From positions 1,528 to 33,527 of the forward strand of contig DATKZR010000138.1 in assembly GCA_035527875.1 (NCBI GenBank): a DNA stretch of 32,000 nucleotides, written 5' to 3'. Within the stretch, counting starts at the first letter, position 1. Every line of letters begins with the position of its first letter. A program made the translations under genes and the position numbers. This DNA is from Nitrosopumilaceae archaeon (GTDB lineage: Archaea; Thermoproteota; Nitrososphaeria; Nitrososphaerales; Nitrosopumilaceae). Below the pieces are notes generated by a model, which was not told the origin of the DNA, did no database searches, and worked only from the letters and a program-made list of their open reading frames with translations. This document shows positions 30,394-32,000 of the stretch, in pieces.

Positions 30394-32000
30394 TTAACTA
30401 ACCCCTTGAGATTGTACAGAAAGATCATCAAATAGTGTTGTAAATTCAATTATGTCATCTTGGTCTCCATAGAGTACGGCCTGTTCAGATTCTATCGCCT
30501 CAGCAATTGACAGATGTCCACCAACAATTTGTTTGTGGGTATTAGAATCTAGTGAAAGTATAATGTCAGGATTTTCTGGGAAACCATTAGTCACTGCAAG
30601 AATACTATTTCTTACATGTAAGGTAAATTCCTCTTCAATATCAGAATATTGAATCCCTAAAACGATGTCAAGTCCTGCGGCTTTTTCTGCATCCAATTTT
30701 GTTGGCAATGCTTTTAACAATTTTTCAATTGGAAGTTCTGCCATCTGTTCAGGACTGGTTTGGGTAAATATACCTGGAACTATAGTTATCGTTCCTTCAA
30801 GTACTTGGGCTTCAGTTAATGACCAATGTCTGATGTCAAATGAATCTGAGCGTTGCCCAAGCACACGTAATGCATGAGCTTTGAGAAGTTTAGTTTCTTC
30901 GTTGTCAGGATCAGAATTAATAGCATATGATGCAAGCTCTGCTGCCCATTCATATTCACCATTTTCTATGGCCCGTTTTATATCGGAATTAATATTATAA
31001 ATTCCCCCAAATCCACTAACGATTTTTTGAGATTTTTCCTCCATGCTGACAGGAGTCAAAAAGGCAGGATCTCCTTCAAACCAGCCTAGGTTTCCATAGT
31101 AGATTTGCTTTACATGTGAGGAAACTTGATTTCTTGTTTTTGTAAGCCACGGATGGTTATCCAAATGTTCTGGTAATTCTATCATGTGAGATAACTCATC
31201 TGCAGTATAACCCATATTCATTCCCCGAATAGTTTGATCATAAATATACTGAGTTGCATCTCTTGTAGAGATTAAAACATCTCTGACATTTTCCTTTCCA
31301 ATTATTGGTTTGACATGACTTGGTACAAGGTATTCTGCTTCAAGTGGAATCATTTGGTCTAGTGCATTAACATAATTCATTGGGTCCCGATAAACTGAAC
31401 CTCTAAGTGTGTAGATGTTTGGAACGATGGAATAGATGTTATCACCAATTAACAATACTTCTTTTTCAGGTAACCAGACATAGATTTGATCAGGTGATTC
31501 ACCGGCTACGAAAACCATTTTTATTTTTACACCAGAAATTTCAACTTCTAGTTCATCAGAAAACGTTTGAGTAGGTGCAGCATAAGCGATTGTTCCAGGA
31601 ACCATTGGTGGAAAAACACCAAGATTTCTTCTATCTGGTCCTTCATCAGATAAAAATGCACCAGATACATAGGCCGAACGTTCAGCAGCTATAGGCCCTA
31701 ATACACTATTTTCATTAATGTAAAAATCAACATGAGAATCATGTGCATAAATTTCAATGTCTTCACCTTCTTCTAGAAATGCCCCAGTCCCGTGTACATG
31801 ATCAAGATGACCATGTGTGTAAATTATTGCCTTGACTGGTTTGTCAGAAATCTTTCTAAATTCTGCAATTACTTCTTTTGCATCTTCGTATGTACTTAAT
31901 GTATCAACTATGATGAGTCCATCATCACCTTCAATCATTATGCTATTGGCTAGATCATACCCTACTGCAACATAAACGCCATCAGTAACTTTATGGACTG
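30394..32000 (-). CDS. alkyl/aryl-sulfatase-like MBL-fold hydrolase (SdsA1/BDS1 family), 5' end beyond window
   Basis: It has the MBL motif YTHGHLDHVHGT, a central dimerisation-like helical region and a C-terminal SCP2-like domain (FTLHVRNSILAV...). The frame stays open upstream of the track's Met (…VHKVTDGVYVAVGYDLANSIMIEGDDGLIIVDT) to position 32000. Confidence 0.85.
   Translation of the reverse strand, partial: VHKVTDGVYVAVGYDLANSIMIEGDDGLIIVDTLSTYEDAKEVIAEFRKISDKPVKAIIYTHGHLDHVHGTGAFLEEGEDIEIYAHDSHVDFYINENSVLGPIAAERSAYVSGAFLSDEGPDRRNLGVFPPMVPGTIAYAAPTQTFSDELEVEISGVKIKMVFVAGESPDQIYVWLPEKEVLLIGDNIYSIVPNIYTLRGSVYRDPMNYVNALDQMIPLEAEYLVPSHVKPIIGKENVRDVLISTRDATQYIYDQTIRGMNMGYTADELSHMIELPEHLDNHPWLTKTRNQVSSHVKQIYYGNLGWFEGDPAFLTPVSMEEKSQKIVSGFGGIYNINSDIKRAIENGEYEWAAELASYAINSDPDNEETKLLKAHALRVLGQRSDSFDIRHWSLTEAQVLEGTITIVPGIFTQTSPEQMAELPIEKLLKALPTKLDAEKAAGLDIVLGIQYSDIEEEFTLHVRNSILAVTNGFPENPDIILSLDSNTHKQIVGGHLSIAEAIESEQAVLYGDQDDIIEFTTLFDDLSVQSQGVS

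Noticed and set aside
30665-30877. Plus-strand 70-aa ORF
   Set aside because: It is antisense to the sulfatase-like gene.
1-32000. CRISPR arrays, transposases/integrases, prophage or defence-island signatures, rRNA genes
   Set aside because: Reading both strands I found no regularly spaced direct repeats, no IS-type terminal inverted repeats, no recombinase/transposase-like ORFs and no rRNA-like conserved segments. The only tandem repeat is the in-frame 51-bp duplication at 23668-23769.

Overview
This is an AT-rich, tightly packed archaeal chromosome segment. The gene content is TBP, archaeal type-2 methionine aminopeptidase, class I LysRS, Elp3, split FO synthase cofG/cofH, several cupredoxin/copper-type proteins and many tiny zinc-ribbon ORFs. 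TATA-like boxes sit about 25 nt upstream of start codons, which suggests leaderless mRNAs. Together this points to an ammonia-oxidising thaumarchaeon of the Nitrosopumilus type; that is inference from composition and protein sequences, and no search was run. I support about 45 protein genes, one tRNA-Pro(UGG) and one candidate C/D box sRNA. I saw no rRNA, CRISPR array, transposase or integrase. Most of the window is ordinary housekeeping: map, tbp, cofGH, purM, elp3, lysS, htrA-like, antiporters and ferritin. The best candidate for something undescribed is a copper/haem/thiol-redox island at 13.98-17.23 kb. One operon encodes a CcdA/DsbD-like membrane thiol transporter, a membrane-anchored fusion of a CuA-like cupredoxin with an EB_dh (haem b, DOMON-like) domain, a hidden YHS-domain ORF and a small thioredoxin-fold protein. 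Divergently encoded are a Met-rich exported protein and a DUF302 protein, with dyad and direct repeats in the shared promoter region. The YHS ORF is missed by the ORF track: it lies in another frame, lacks a start codon, and is restored by adding one G to a G5 run. Other items worth a second look:
- a C/D box sRNA candidate just downstream of tRNA-Pro
- a GC-enriched cloverleaf-like intergenic element at 5.47-5.55 kb
- a zinc-ribbon-less TFB-like cyclin protein divergent from an orphan receiver domain
- a palindrome covering the start codon of a wHTH regulator
- hyper-basic proteins, one with a perfect recent 51-bp tandem duplication
- a cluster of tiny Cys-rich and TM ORFs beside ferritin
- a second homopolymer-associated truncation, in a methyltransferase
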